A stretch of 20,000 bases of DNA from the IMG/VR virus record IMGVR_UViG_3300045996_000972. One strand, 5' to 3'. The DNA is from an uncultured virus (IMG/VR IMGVR_UViG_3300045996_000972) (lineage: Duplodnaviria > Heunggongvirae > Uroviricota > Caudoviricetes). The position numbers and the translations under genes were made by a program. Shown here piece after piece: positions 1-9,784 of the stretch. How positions within the stretch are numbered: position 1 is the first letter of the stretch; the number at the start of each line of letters is the position of its first letter. The notes below the pieces were generated by a model. That model had not been told where the DNA came from and did not search any database. It saw only the letters and a list, made by a program, of their open reading frames with translations.

Positions 1-5
1 CTGAA

Positions 6-3000
6 ATGCTAAGTGTATCGTGTTTGCTTAACAATACTCAACTGGCGCAAGATCTCCGGACACTGGTAGAGTACATCGCTTATCAACGGGCTGCCGATAT
101 GGGGAGAGCTCCGTTGACTTCGGTGTTCAATGATATTAGAAAAGCCGGGATTGAAATTGACCTCAAAACGATCGGGTACATATACGCTGACGTTCTCCCG
201 TTACAGGAAGAAGCGTTCGACAGCCTTGCGGAAATTGAAAAGACGGTAGGAAAGAAATTTTCGGACCTAACAAGGGCACTGATCACCATGCAGCCCAAGT
301 CTGGAGAGAAAACCATCGATACAGCGTCACCCGAGGAATTTGTCGCGCAAGGTATTGCCAGACCGTTTTATCATGCGATGCGCCCGGATGATAGTACGGA
401 ATCCGTAATGGTGCAAATGCAAAAGGCGTTACTCCGTGGTGCCCAACGGATGCTGAACAAAGAAGGTTTCCCTTCCAAGGCAACCACCAGAAAGGACTAC
501 GAGCAATTGATCAGCCAGGCACTAGCCTTGGAGACTACCGGATATACGGACCTTAACGGGTACATGAACAACATCGAGGATCTGTTTTCGGCAGCACAGG
601 AAGAATTGCAGAAGATCGCCAATGAATATACCCTGAAGGGCATGAGCCAAGCGGATATTGCTCAATTCCATGAGTATATCAAAGGGTTTAAAAGTGCCAC
701 ATACAGCCTCCTTTTCACAAAGCAGGAAGCCAACCAGGTGCTTACCGGCGCACTCCGGGATGCCGGTTTTGCCAAAACACTGGCCAACGGGAAAGAGATC
801 ACCGACTGGCATAAGCTGGCCGGCCAGGTAAACAGCGTTCAGGATCTTCGGAACAACGTTGAAAAGGCTTTACTTTCCAAAGGGTTCAGCCAGCGCGCCA
901 CCGATTCGATAAAAAACGCCTTGGAGGTAGAGTTCAACGAGCTATTCGCGAAGGTGCTTCAGCGGTCCGCCAACATTCTCGCGCAAAAACACAAACGCCA
1001 AACTACCGGCAACAAAATATCGAAAACCGATATGGAACGGCTGGCCGAATTGTACAACCTTGGGATATTCAACAGCACACACGATCAGGTGCTATACAAG
1101 CTCCTTGGGGTGGATTCAATGGCCGCGCACGACATGATGGAAATAAAGGATCTGGCCAAAAGCGTGGCGGGGCTGGCCCGGCACCTGGACGACAAGGACA
1201 TTTTCGCCTCTTATGCGTTTCAGGACCTGCAGCAGAAGATCAACTACATCGTTTCCCGGAATATTAGCAACAAAACCAAGTTGATTAAGGTTGTATCAAC
1301 GGCACATAAATTCATATCCGTAATGAACGGTGGCCGTATTGCCAATGCGTTCAATGCACTTGAAAACAACCTGTCAGCGGTAAAAGAACTATTCGCCACC
1401 AATATTCAGATGATAAAGCAGATGGGGTGGGGGGAAGCTACGCGCGAATGGAAGTTATTCAGCAATGTGTGGTGGGATGTGTTCAGGCATGGCGGGATCC
1501 GGTACGGCGAGGATCATACCCATTTCAGCAACAGGGAAAACGTTGAATACAATGTCAGCCGGAAAGACACCAAGTTCCGGAAGTTCATGTTTGTGGTCAC
1601 TTCGCCTGGTCGCGCGTTCTTAACAGCATCGGATAACGCTTTCAAAGCGGTCCTGCACAAGAAGATATTCATGATGGCCATTCACAAGGCACTGCGTCAA
1701 AATGGAATGACCAAGGAGGAGGCGAACAATTTTCTGAACGAGGCGTTGTATGGTAAGAACTTCGAGGCCGCCAAGGCACAGGCTGAAAAAATACTCCAGC
1801 TATACAACCTGAAAGCTACCCCGCAAACGATCGTAAGGCTGGCCAATGACCTTGTAGTGGCAAACCTTAACACCGGGGGCGTCGTTTCCATGGAGCTGAT
1901 CAAAGCGGCCAAGAAAAGCTCCTTCAATGTTGCAGCGATCGGGTTGGGCCATAGGGCCCAGGACAAAAACTTTCTGGCGAAGCGTATCGAAAACCACAAG
2001 CAAGCCGTTGCCAAAGAGGAACAAGAGTTGGCCAATAAAAAGGACTGGAACGCACTGGCCAGGGCCCGGGCGACAAACATGGTTTGGAATGATCTGATAT
2101 TCCCGTTCATGAGCGGTATCACCAACTGGATATACCTGAAAGTGCAATCCGGGTTCGGCGTAGGTATCGCCAGCGGGTTAATGGGTAAGTGGAAAACCGA
2201 CATAGATTTCAGTTCAGAAAAGGCGATCGAGGAAAGCATATTCAACATGCGCAATGACAGCCAGAAGATCGCAAGGGGTATCATTGGCCTTTCATACGCC
2301 AGTGTATTCTACGCTACGGTGGCGGCATTGGCTGGCGGCGGGGATGATGAAGAAGAAAAATCCGCGATGGAAAAAGCCTTTGCCGCGGTCAAGGGCGATT
2401 ATGTGTTAAATAAGTTCTTCAAAAAAGGTGCACCAGATATCATGCTGATGCACTACATGATGAGTACGAACTGGTATCACAAGAAAAACCCTAATGATCC
2501 GTCGATCGGGAATACTCTTGGAGCACTGGAATACGTTCAAAACCTTTTCAACTTGGGTTCCAGCTACACCATGGAGGGGCAAATCATGGCGGCTGGTCAA
2601 GACTTGGGAAAGGGAAAATCAGAGGCGGCAGCCGGTGATTTAGGCAATGCGCTTGGTAGCCGGGTTGACTTCCCGCTTTGGAGAGCTTACAAGGGATATT
2701 GGCAAGTTATTCAATGGGGGGCAGGCCAAGACGTAGAGAGCGATTATAAAAAGCCTCTTACGTTTACTGACGGCCTATTCGCTGGCGGGTTTTTGGAAGA
2801 TATGGGCATCTGGAACCGGGAAGTACCGATCGGCGCGGTGCCAGGCGTAGGAGACGCAACGCTGCAACAACTGCAAAAGCAAGGGATCAATACTTTCGAG
2901 CAGTTAAAAGGCATGAAGCTGGACGAGATCAGGAACGAAAAGGGGCACCGGATATTCGGCAAGAATGAGATTGAACGTTTCAATAAGTTTGTAGAACAAG

Positions 3001-3011
3001 AGAGCAAATGA
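6..3011 (+). CDS. Large phage protein (probable virion/ejected internal protein) with C-terminal helix-hairpin-helix motif
   Basis: 1001-aa ORF with helical, Ala/Lys-rich composition, a hydrophobic segment (IIGLSYASVFYATVAALAGGG) and an HhH-like C-terminus (IGAVPGVGDATLQQLQKQGINTFEQL). Co-oriented with TerL. The frame is open to the window edge, so the true start may lie upstream. Confidence 0.6.
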   Translation: MLSVSCLLNNTQLAQDLRTLVEYIAYQRAADMGRAPLTSVFNDIRKAGIEIDLKTIGYIYADVLPLQEEAFDSLAEIEKTVGKKFSDLTRALITMQPKSGEKTIDTASPEEFVAQGIARPFYHAMRPDDSTESVMVQMQKALLRGAQRMLNKEGFPSKATTRKDYEQLISQALALETTGYTDLNGYMNNIEDLFSAAQEELQKIANEYTLKGMSQADIAQFHEYIKGFKSATYSLLFTKQEANQVLTGALRDAGFAKTLANGKEITDWHKLAGQVNSVQDLRNNVEKALLSKGFSQRATDSIKNALEVEFNELFAKVLQRSANILAQKHKRQTTGNKISKTDMERLAELYNLGIFNSTHDQVLYKLLGVDSMAAHDMMEIKDLAKSVAGLARHLDDKDIFASYAFQDLQQKINYIVSRNISNKTKLIKVVSTAHKFISVMNGGRIANAFNALENNLSAVKELFATNIQMIKQMGWGEATREWKLFSNVWWDVFRHGGIRYGEDHTHFSNRENVEYNVSRKDTKFRKFMFVVTSPGRAFLTASDNAFKAVLHKKIFMMAIHKALRQNGMTKEEANNFLNEALYGKNFEAAKAQAEKILQLYNLKATPQTIVRLANDLVVANLNTGGVVSMELIKAAKKSSFNVAAIGLGHRAQDKNFLAKRIENHKQAVAKEEQELANKKDWNALARARATNMVWNDLIFPFMSGITNWIYLKVQSGFGVGIASGLMGKWKTDIDFSSEKAIEESIFNMRNDSQKIARGIIGLSYASVFYATVAALAGGGDDEEEKSAMEKAFAAVKGDYVLNKFFKKGAPDIMLMHYMMSTNWYHKKNPNDPSIGNTLGALEYVQNLFNLGSSYTMEGQIMAAGQDLGKGKSEAAAGDLGNALGSRVDFPLWRAYKGYWQVIQWGAGQDVESDYKKPLTFTDGLFAGGFLEDMGIWNREVPIGAVPGVGDATLQQLQKQGINTFEQLKGMKLDEIRNEKGHRIFGKNEIERFNKFVEQESK

Positions 3012-3607
3012 TCGCGAATATTTACCAACGATTAAAGGACGAGCAGGATCCTGAAGAAATCAAGTCGTTACTGGAAAGTTCCGGCCGGATTGAAATTTTC
3101 GAACGAGTAATATCTTCCTACGAAAATTGGGTGCCGGTGTTCAAGTTCATCCTATTTAGCTATTCGATAGAGAGTGATCACATTCAAAATGGCGACAATT
3201 GGGAGCAAACCCGGAAGGAGATCGCCAACCTGGTCGGCATCCAACTGGACGATCGGTTAAACTTCGAGGAGATTGTTTATTTAAAAGCTGAACCGGTTTG
3301 GAAAACCGTTGACCAGTACCTCAAATTCCAGCAAAGCCGGGAGTTCCGGCACCTGATGGGGTTGCGCGCTGCGTATGAACGAATGATATCTTCGCTGTTT
3401 GCCGAAATGGACTTTGATCAGCAAGCCAAGAATACTGTTCACGCGCAGAACATATGGGATAAAATAGGCGAATATGAGCAGATGGTGAGGCAGAGATATG
3501 GCGAAGCATTTATGAAGGTGCTGAAAGACACCACACCAGATATAAGGGAAAGGAAGAAAGCGAAGGGCGGGTTGACACTGGAAGATTCCCCTTATATTGG
3601 GACCTGA
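3008..3607 (+). CDS. Hypothetical phage protein (helical; possible terminase small subunit by position only)
   Basis: 199-aa ORF with ATGA overlap with the upstream gene; two genes before TerL. Confidence 0.6.
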   Translation: MIANIYQRLKDEQDPEEIKSLLESSGRIEIFERVISSYENWVPVFKFILFSYSIESDHIQNGDNWEQTRKEIANLVGIQLDDRLNFEEIVYLKAEPVWKTVDQYLKFQQSREFRHLMGLRAAYERMISSLFAEMDFDQQAKNTVHAQNIWDKIGEYEQMVRQRYGEAFMKVLKDTTPDIRERKKAKGGLTLEDSPYIGT

Positions 3608-3633
3608 TACATCACATAAAACCCCAAAGAGCA

Positions 3634-3984
3634 ATGAAAGAACTTTATAGCTCCCATGCCGACGAGCTGAAGGTGGCCGAAGAACGGCCAATCAGGAAAG
3701 CTGCCGAGTTTCGCGGCCGCACCCCACTCCGCAAAGGACAAACCTGCTACGAGCTGAACCTGGCTACCGGCGAAATAAAGCCAGCAGAGTACGAGACTGT
3801 AACCGCGCCATACATGAGCAAGGCAAGCCAGATCGGCTTCCTAATGAGCGGAGGGACCGTTATCGCGGCCGGCAGTACTCACCGGAAGCTGATGATCCGG
3901 GAGGGATGCCTGTATGAGATCGCATTGAACGACACAAATGCCAAGCGAAAGTTTGAAAATCGTCTGGCTCCTTTCAAAAAATAA
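3634..3984 (+). CDS. Hypothetical phage protein
   Basis: 116-aa ORF after an A-rich leader; KGQTCYELNLATGEI...LYEIALN pattern resembles small Bacteroidota phage proteins (recollection, not searched). Confidence 0.65.
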   Translation: MKELYSSHADELKVAEERPIRKAAEFRGRTPLRKGQTCYELNLATGEIKPAEYETVTAPYMSKASQIGFLMSGGTVIAAGSTHRKLMIREGCLYEIALNDTNAKRKFENRLAPFKK

Positions 3985-3997
3985 GGCTCCACCCCCA

Positions 3998-6163
3998 ATG
4001 GCCATTATACGCATTGATCAGGAACACGTTTACGAGTTACCTGCAGCACCAAAAAAGCAGGCTGATGTTCTTTTCGTGAATGAAAAGAAGGAAAATCAGT
4101 ACTGGCGACGCCAGCGCGACTTCCCCCAGGAATGGTCTAAGTTCATCCCCGGCTTCACCCGGATCAACCAAGAGGCAACCGTTTACAATGGTGACGATAT
4201 GCTTATATCGTTGTCGTTTGATGATACCCAAAACCTGATAAGACTCCGGGACCGGGAATTGATGCGCAGGAAACACGGCGTATGGTTCATGAACAACGGG
4301 GAGCTGAACTACATTACCGGGAACCACTACTTTGCCTTGCAGTGGGGTGAGATGCATGGTTACACCAACCCGGAAACGAACGAGAGCTTCGGAGAGTACC
4401 GGGAGTTCCAGAGGGATATATGCTACTTCTTGGATATAGTCGAAACCGAAAAGAATTGTCAGGGCGGGTTTATCGCGAAAGCCAAAAAAACAGGCGTTAC
4501 GCAGCTCGTCTCGTTGGCGTTCCTGAACGAATCCACCATGATCCGGGAGAAGCGTTTCTCCATGATGAGTAAAAGCCATGAGGACGCGAAGGGCACGAAC
4601 ATGATGCTTTTCCAACACGCATTGGAACGGCTGCCGATGATCCTGAAACCAAGGATCAAGAACATCACCCAATCAAAGGTTATTTTCGATAAGCCCAAGG
4701 CCAACACCGTTACCGGGAGCATGAAGCAAATGTTATCGGCCGGGACCGATGGTTTTAAAACTTTCGTGGAGGCGGTGGCCACCAAAGAGGATGCCTTTGA
4801 CGGACCCAAGATATGGCGCGGCTGGTGCGATGAATTTCCCAAGTATAAAAGTCCATTCCCGCAGCAGGTATTTGACAAATCTTCCGAAGCTGTAAAACTC
4901 CAACAGGAGATATACGGGAAGATATTTTTCACTTCCTATCCCCCGGAGGACGACACCCAAGGATTTTTCGAGGCAAAAAAGATATACGCCAATTCATCCC
5001 TGTCTACCAGAAACGCATTGGGCCAAACTTCGACCGGTCTATACAAGCACTTCGTTTCCGCGCTGAACGCCACTGAAGGGACATTCAACAAGTATGGCAA
5101 GGCTGACCAGGCGAAAGCCTTTTACCTGAACGACACGGACCGTAAATCATCGGAACACGATCGAAGGGCATTGCAGCGGAAGAAACGTCAATACCCCAGG
5201 AATGAGAAAGAATGTTGGGAATCGGGCGGATCTGGCTCAACCTTCGACAATATCCGGCTATCGCAGCGACTCACCGTGATCGAGGAGGAGGCCAATGCGG
5301 GAGCTACGCACTTCCGAGAAGCAAACATTGATTGGACTAACGGATTTTTGAGCACCGTTGTCATTACCGATATCACTGCCGAGGAAAAGGCGCAAGGGAA
5401 AGATGGCAACTGGCGGTTCTATAAGACACTGCGCCCGGAGGAGCTGAACGTGCCTTTCCGTCAAGATCTGCGCGATCATCTTGGCAACTTCACCCCGGAC
5501 GAGAACACTATTGCTTGCGGCGCGGTGGATCCCACCGACTACAAGGAAAAGAAGGACGTTGCGCAAGGTTCCAAAAACTCCATTCACGTGGGCCTGGCTG
5601 AAGATACAATCCGGAACACGGCTTTCGGGGAGGTAGCTTCAAACGTACTGTTTGCGGAGTATTTTGGCCGCCCGGAAGACCCGGAGGAGCTATTCGACGA
5701 GGTATGCAAGGCGATCATGCTTTTTGGCATGTACATCATAATCGAGGCAAACAAGGGCTGGTTGGTCACAAAGATCAAAAAGGTAGGGCTTCAGAACTTC
5801 CTACTATTGAAGGATAAGAAAACCGGCGTGATCCGGCCCTACATAGAAGGAGACGAGCTGACGCTGATCAACACCACCGATGAAATGATTAACGAGTACT
5901 GCAGAGCAATCGCCAGGTACTTGCGGAAGCCGAATGACGGAGAAATCGACTGGCTGGATTATATCAATTCTGCCAGGCTGATCGAGCAGCTTATGAACTT
6001 TGACCCGATGAACACCAAAATATACGACTTGGTTGTATCCTTCGGCTACTGGCGGCTGGCGGTGGAGGCACTGGCCTATGTGAAGCATCAACGTGAAAAG
6101 GAACGGGGATATTATTCTGCCGATATGATGCAAGGCATAATGGAGCGAATAATTGATTTATGA
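3998..6163 (+). CDS. terL: Terminase large subunit
   Basis: GVWFMNNG..YITGNHYFALQW N-terminal motif of long Bacteroidota-phage TerL; Walker A-like KAKKTGVT; Walker B GWCDEFPK; RNase H-like nuclease motifs GAVDPTD, IIIEANKG and YDLVVSFG. Start 3998 (MAIIRID) is preferred over 3938, which overlaps the previous gene. Confidence 0.92.
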   Translation: MAIIRIDQEHVYELPAAPKKQADVLFVNEKKENQYWRRQRDFPQEWSKFIPGFTRINQEATVYNGDDMLISLSFDDTQNLIRLRDRELMRRKHGVWFMNNGELNYITGNHYFALQWGEMHGYTNPETNESFGEYREFQRDICYFLDIVETEKNCQGGFIAKAKKTGVTQLVSLAFLNESTMIREKRFSMMSKSHEDAKGTNMMLFQHALERLPMILKPRIKNITQSKVIFDKPKANTVTGSMKQMLSAGTDGFKTFVEAVATKEDAFDGPKIWRGWCDEFPKYKSPFPQQVFDKSSEAVKLQQEIYGKIFFTSYPPEDDTQGFFEAKKIYANSSLSTRNALGQTSTGLYKHFVSALNATEGTFNKYGKADQAKAFYLNDTDRKSSEHDRRALQRKKRQYPRNEKECWESGGSGSTFDNIRLSQRLTVIEEEANAGATHFREANIDWTNGFLSTVVITDITAEEKAQGKDGNWRFYKTLRPEELNVPFRQDLRDHLGNFTPDENTIACGAVDPTDYKEKKDVAQGSKNSIHVGLAEDTIRNTAFGEVASNVLFAEYFGRPEDPEELFDEVCKAIMLFGMYIIIEANKGWLVTKIKKVGLQNFLLLKDKKTGVIRPYIEGDELTLINTTDEMINEYCRAIARYLRKPNDGEIDWLDYINSARLIEQLMNFDPMNTKIYDLVVSFGYWRLAVEALAYVKHQREKERGYYSADMMQGIMERIIDL

Positions 6164-6519
6164 TATACCCAACAAAAATTGAAGGAATCGTAGCAGCCAA
6201 TGATAGCTGCCAAGAGATAATTAGTGTGGACCACTGCTTTATTGAGCTTCACCAAGACCATATCAAGTACAAGCACAAATTTCTCGTATCGGAAAAAAAT
6301 CCTCAAACAGAACTATTCGAGGAAAAAAAGTGCATTACGGAGGTGGTTTTCAAACGAGCAATATTAGCTGGATACGAAGAATACAGGAATGTAGAGGGAC
6401 GATGCTGGTCCATAATTGTCATTACCATTGGCGGGAGCCAGTTCACCATTTCTTTCAAGAAGAAAGAGGAGGCTAATGTGCTCAAAGAAAAAATGCACAA
6501 CTACATATTTGAATTGTAA
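6160..6519 (+). CDS. Hypothetical protein
   Basis: 119-aa ORF, ATGA-coupled to the terL stop. Confidence 0.65.
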   Translation: MIYPTKIEGIVAANDSCQEIISVDHCFIELHQDHIKYKHKFLVSEKNPQTELFEEKKCITEVVFKRAILAGYEEYRNVEGRCWSIIVITIGGSQFTISFKKKEEANVLKEKMHNYIFEL

Positions 6520-6560
6520 AAAAATCATATATTGTTGTCCTATTAACTATTAACCAAAAA

Positions 6561-6932
6561 ATGTCCACTATGCGAAAACTTGCAATTCTGCTCGCGTTTT
6601 CCTTGCTGGCGCTTTCTGTCTCTGCTTCGGCAAACAGTTCGCCCCCCGGCTTGGATGAACGAACGACCATTGAGGTCAATTATGAGGTCAATGAAAGCAC
6701 TCCTTCGATCCCGTTCGTACAGGTAAAAGGTTTGGAAGTGAACCAGGTGATTTCTTCCGATGCTCCGGCACCGGCCGATGTTTCTGCTTTGGCAGATGCC
6801 CACCAGGTCATCACTGCGCCAGCCAGACCGGAAGGGAGGTATCGTTGGCGAACGGCCGACAAACTACGATCGATACATGGCCGACTGGATCAACCGATAT
6901 TACACAAACCGGACAAGCCACTAAGAGAATAA
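6561..6932 (+). CDS. Putative secreted protein
   Basis: Sec-type signal peptide MRKLAILLAFSLLALSVSASA; A-rich leader; ends just before the terminator. Alternative start at 6570. Confidence 0.6.
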   Translation: MSTMRKLAILLAFSLLALSVSASANSSPPGLDERTTIEVNYEVNESTPSIPFVQVKGLEVNQVISSDAPAPADVSALADAHQVITAPARPEGRYRWRTADKLRSIHGRLDQPILHKPDKPLRE

Positions 6933-6937
6933 GGTAG

Positions 6938-6965
6938 AAAAGCCTCTCGAATTGAGAGGCTTTTT
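6938..6965. terminator. Bidirectional intrinsic terminator
   Basis: AAAAGCCTCTC-GAATT-GAGAGGCTTTTT: perfect stem flanked by A and T runs, between convergent stops at 6932 and 6973. Confidence 0.9.
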
Positions 6966-6972
6966 GTTTGGG

Positions 6973-7380
6973 TTAATCTTGTTCGGATCTCCATTCATCA
7001 AATGATTTCGGGATCTGCCGTTCGCTCATTGCAAGCGAAAGATTGGTTTTGATGAATTTGTTCAAATATTCGATGTACCCTTTTTGATAGTAGGCTTCAC
7101 TTCGCTTCCCGTCAATGTATCGATCGGTTACTTCCCCGAGGATAGCTTCGTACTTTTTTTTGTATGCCAGCCTTGCTATTCTTCCCATGGCAGTATAGCT
7201 TTCCCGCTCATTGTAATATGCCACATAGAAAAGGTCTTTGATGCTCTTTCCAACATCTTCACTTACGATTTCAAACTCCCCAAAACAGCGTTCCACACAA
7301 AGGGAGCTTTCAAATATTGTCTTCCCTGTCTCTTTTGTAGCTTCTGCTTCTAGCAGTACTTCTAAATCGCTTTTTGTCAT
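6973..7380 (-). CDS. Hypothetical protein
   Basis: 135-aa ORF; AACTGATACA lies immediately before the ATG. Confidence 0.75.
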   Translation of the reverse strand: MTKSDLEVLLEAEATKETGKTIFESSLCVERCFGEFEIVSEDVGKSIKDLFYVAYYNERESYTAMGRIARLAYKKKYEAILGEVTDRYIDGKRSEAYYQKGYIEYLNKFIKTNLSLAMSERQIPKSFDEWRSEQD

Positions 7381-7409
7381 TGTATCAGTTTTGTTCGCTG
7401 TTGCGAAGA

Positions 7410-7697
7410 TTAATTATTATGTTTCTTTTTTTCACCGCAAAAGGGACAGTAGCTACAATAAACATTTATCGAAGCATCTGTTTGTCGCTTTTCCGGAGAT
7501 CCGTCTTTTTTCAGAGCAACATACTTGAACTCGAACTTCATGAACGGCTCCCACCCGTTCGCTAATCCGGTCAGAGACATTCCCTTGTTCTTGAATTGTT
7601 GTTCCACCACTTCATGAACTTTTACGCCACGTTCTTTTAGGGCAGCCATGATATGCCGTGACGTTTTTTCTTCGATCTTGTTAATGCAATTACACAT
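7410..7697 (-). CDS. Small Cys-rich putative Zn-binding protein
   Basis: MCNC at the N-terminus and CSYCPFCG at the C-terminus; start 7697 is preceded by AACTGATACC-TAAA. Confidence 0.75.
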   Translation of the reverse strand: MCNCINKIEEKTSRHIMAALKERGVKVHEVVEQQFKNKGMSLTGLANGWEPFMKFEFKYVALKKDGSPEKRQTDASINVYCSYCPFCGEKKKHNN

Positions 7698-7723
7698 TTT
7701 AGGTATCAGTTTTGGGTTATGAA

Positions 7724-7966
7724 TTATGGTCGGTATGTTCCGTCTCCGGAGTTGAGAGATTCGCTGATATGTTCTTTGTAGGCCCATCCGTTTAACACTT
7801 CCTGCTTCATTACGGCCACAATCTCCTCCACGCTATTCCAGCAGTCTTGTATTGCACCTGGGTCGTTGTGGCTTTGCATTGGGATTGTTTCTGAACGCAG
7901 GGTTTTAATGATATGCTGAACGTCATTCATCCATTGTTCCTGCAAGGGAGCTTTATAGACCGGCAT
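7724..7966 (-). CDS. Hypothetical protein
   Basis: 80-aa ORF filling the gap; variant motif AACTGAATA before the ATG. Confidence 0.65.
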   Translation of the reverse strand: MPVYKAPLQEQWMNDVQHIIKTLRSETIPMQSHNDPGAIQDCWNSVEEIVAVMKQEVLNGWAYKEHISESLNSGDGTYRP

Positions 7967-7984
7967 TATTCAGTTTTGTTTTGT

Positions 7985-8545
7985 TTAGTAACTTATTTTA
8001 TCGTTCCAGCAAATAATTTGACCATTAAAGCCTTGCTGCTTTGCTTTTGGATGAATAGAAAACCACGAATCAAAATCTTCCGGCACCAGGCCATCATTAG
8101 CCGCAAGTTCCCTTATCTGCCTTTCCGTCCGTAGCACATTGCGATTGATAAATATGAATTTCCTTCTGATCTTAAAATCGAATACTTTCTTTATTTCAAT
8201 CGGTGGCGCAAATTCAAGCTGCTTACTTCTATACGGCACACCGGTCCATACGCGGGGGGAAAACAATTCTCCGGCCCGGAACCGATTACCGGCTCTGATC
8301 GTGTGGTATTTTGGCTCGTATTCGTCAAATGGAGAATAAACCTTGTGTTGCGGGGCAGCCATTTCTATGTATGCTTTTATGTACCCGTTGCGTTCATGAT
8401 TCATTACTGGTTCTTCGCCAGATATAGCCACCTTTAACGATTCATACCACCACAATCCCTTCCATATTTTTTCTACGAAATGGGTGGGCTGCCCGGCCTT
8501 GGGGTGTTTGATTGGAAACTGGCGGCTAAAGGTTATCACTTTCAT
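7985..8545 (-). CDS. Phage protein with putative ASCH/PUA-like fold
   Basis: 186 aa; KYHTIRAG and LAANDGL...FDSWF resemble ASCH-like K.xTIR and A..DG motifs; ATGA overlap with the upstream gene. Confidence 0.55.
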   Translation of the reverse strand: MKVITFSRQFPIKHPKAGQPTHFVEKIWKGLWWYESLKVAISGEEPVMNHERNGYIKAYIEMAAPQHKVYSPFDEYEPKYHTIRAGNRFRAGELFSPRVWTGVPYRSKQLEFAPPIEIKKVFDFKIRRKFIFINRNVLRTERQIRELAANDGLVPEDFDSWFSIHPKAKQQGFNGQIICWNDKISY

Positions 8546-8844
8546 AGCTCAACCTCCAGTTCCGTGTCAAAATCCGATTGGGGCAAAGAGGCTATGTACT
8601 TTCGCTTAAATTCCTGATAGTTGAATGGCAGTGGTCCGAACTTTCTTTCCTTAAAGTTCACACCAGCCAGTTCAATACAGATAGCCAATGCCAGTTGCGC
8701 GGGTCCGCTGCCAGCATATCCCCAATTAAAGCCATCGGGAGAATGGTTGCTAATCCGCAAGCTCTTTGCCGGAGAAAGTTTTTTACCGTTCAGCCAAACC
8801 TGTTTGGATGACCAGTTGCCTTTTAAATTGATAGTCGTATTCAT
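8542..8844 (-). CDS. DUF6166-like protein
   Basis: Signature NHSPDGFNWGYAGSGPAQLALAI. Confidence 0.75.
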   Translation of the reverse strand: MNTTINLKGNWSSKQVWLNGKKLSPAKSLRISNHSPDGFNWGYAGSGPAQLALAICIELAGVNFKERKFGPLPFNYQEFKRKYIASLPQSDFDTELEVEL

Positions 8845-9149
8845 TTGATTTTCTTTTTCATTAGCACTCGCTCACCCTGCCTAGCATACAATTCCAGTCC
8901 TATGCTCCAGGCGAAGTTGTATTCTTTCGGGAAGCGATATGTCCCTGTCGATCGTAGGAACTTTAGTTCTTCCATTACCCACCGTTCCAATCGGTATTCT
9001 CTTTCTCGAACGTAGAAGTAGTGGTGAACTTCAAGCATTGCGTCTATGGGGTGTTCTCCCCCAAAAAGGTGTAGATAACCGTCGTGCATACCTTCCTGCC
9101 AATTAACGGGCAATGGGGGGATAGCGGAAAGGTCTATTTCTATTGGCAT
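8841..9149 (-). CDS. Hypothetical protein
   Basis: ORF starting at MPIEIDL, 2 nt after the upstream stop; ATGA overlap downstream. Confidence 0.6.
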   Translation of the reverse strand: MPIEIDLSAIPPLPVNWQEGMHDGYLHLFGGEHPIDAMLEVHHYFYVREREYRLERWVMEELKFLRSTGTYRFPKEYNFAWSIGLELYARQGERVLMKKKIK

Positions 9150-9151
9150 AA

Positions 9152-9346
9152 TCAATGAAATTTTCTTACCGTAGACGCACACCTGAGACGATCGTAGTCC
9201 TCCTTGGTGAATTTCGGGTAGTTGAATGAAGCAATCTTTTTTCTTCTTTTGCCCAATAAGGTCACACTCGTTGCATCCGATTCATAATCTACAACGTCAT
9301 TCCATTCATTAAAGGATTCAATAGTGTTATTCTTTTGCTTCGGCAT
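9152..9346 (-). CDS. Hypothetical protein
   Basis: 64-aa ORF, TAATG-coupled to the upstream gene. Confidence 0.6.
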   Translation of the reverse strand: MPKQKNNTIESFNEWNDVVDYESDATSVTLLGKRRKKIASFNYPKFTKEDYDRLRCASTVRKFH

Positions 9347-9768
9347 TACCTTACAGTTATAGTGTGGTTTTTGAAATCGATCTCTACGGTATCGATAGAG
9401 AAGCCGCCATCCTTCCTGAAGTGCAATTCGTCTTTGATGATCGTCCAGTCCTCTCCACTGTTGATCGTGACTTCGCCTTGGATCGTTTCGTTGAAGTACT
9501 CTGTCCCGTTGTTTTGCAGGTATTTTAGCCTATCGGCTTGCGACAGATCTTCCGTATCAACGGACCAGCTAAAGGACGCTATAACGTCTGTTATTTCGAT
9601 CCAGATGCTATCCAGGCCATGTTTGCGGGGCTGCGGCGTCAAGGTGAAATTCACCTTCGCTAATTGACTGGAAACGCTACCATCCCAATCGGTGCCAAAA
9701 AAGGCTTCCAGTCCGTCAATAGATACTTCTCTCTTATCGCATACTGCGGTGAAAGTTTCAGGGTTCAT
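9346..9768 (-). CDS. Hypothetical acidic protein
   Basis: 140 aa; AACTGATACC-AA before the ATG. Confidence 0.75.
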   Translation of the reverse strand: MNPETFTAVCDKREVSIDGLEAFFGTDWDGSVSSQLAKVNFTLTPQPRKHGLDSIWIEITDVIASFSWSVDTEDLSQADRLKYLQNNGTEYFNETIQGEVTINSGEDWTIIKDELHFRKDGGFSIDTVEIDFKNHTITVR

Positions 9769-9784
9769 TTGGTATCAGTTTATT

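Noticed and set aside
2..14. 13-nt match TGAAATGCTAAGT to 15272-15284
   Set aside because: It lacks the TA of the -7 box and overlaps a coding start; probably chance.
3602..3611. ACCTGATACA on the + strand as a copy of the start-associated motif
   Set aside because: It has a mismatch in the core, contains the stop codon of the preceding gene and is 22 nt from the next ATG.
3938..3997. Upstream ATG for terL
   Set aside because: It overlaps the preceding gene by 47 nt; 3998 is the more plausible start.
1697..6133. Long minus-strand ORFs (1697-2284, 4037-4672, 4459-4932 and others)
   Set aside because: They lie antisense to the 1001-aa gene and terL and carry no recognisable motifs.
6505..6540. 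Possible + strand promoter for the 6561 gene (TTTG...TATATTGT)
   Set aside because: The -7 box matches poorly and the spacing is only 16 nt.
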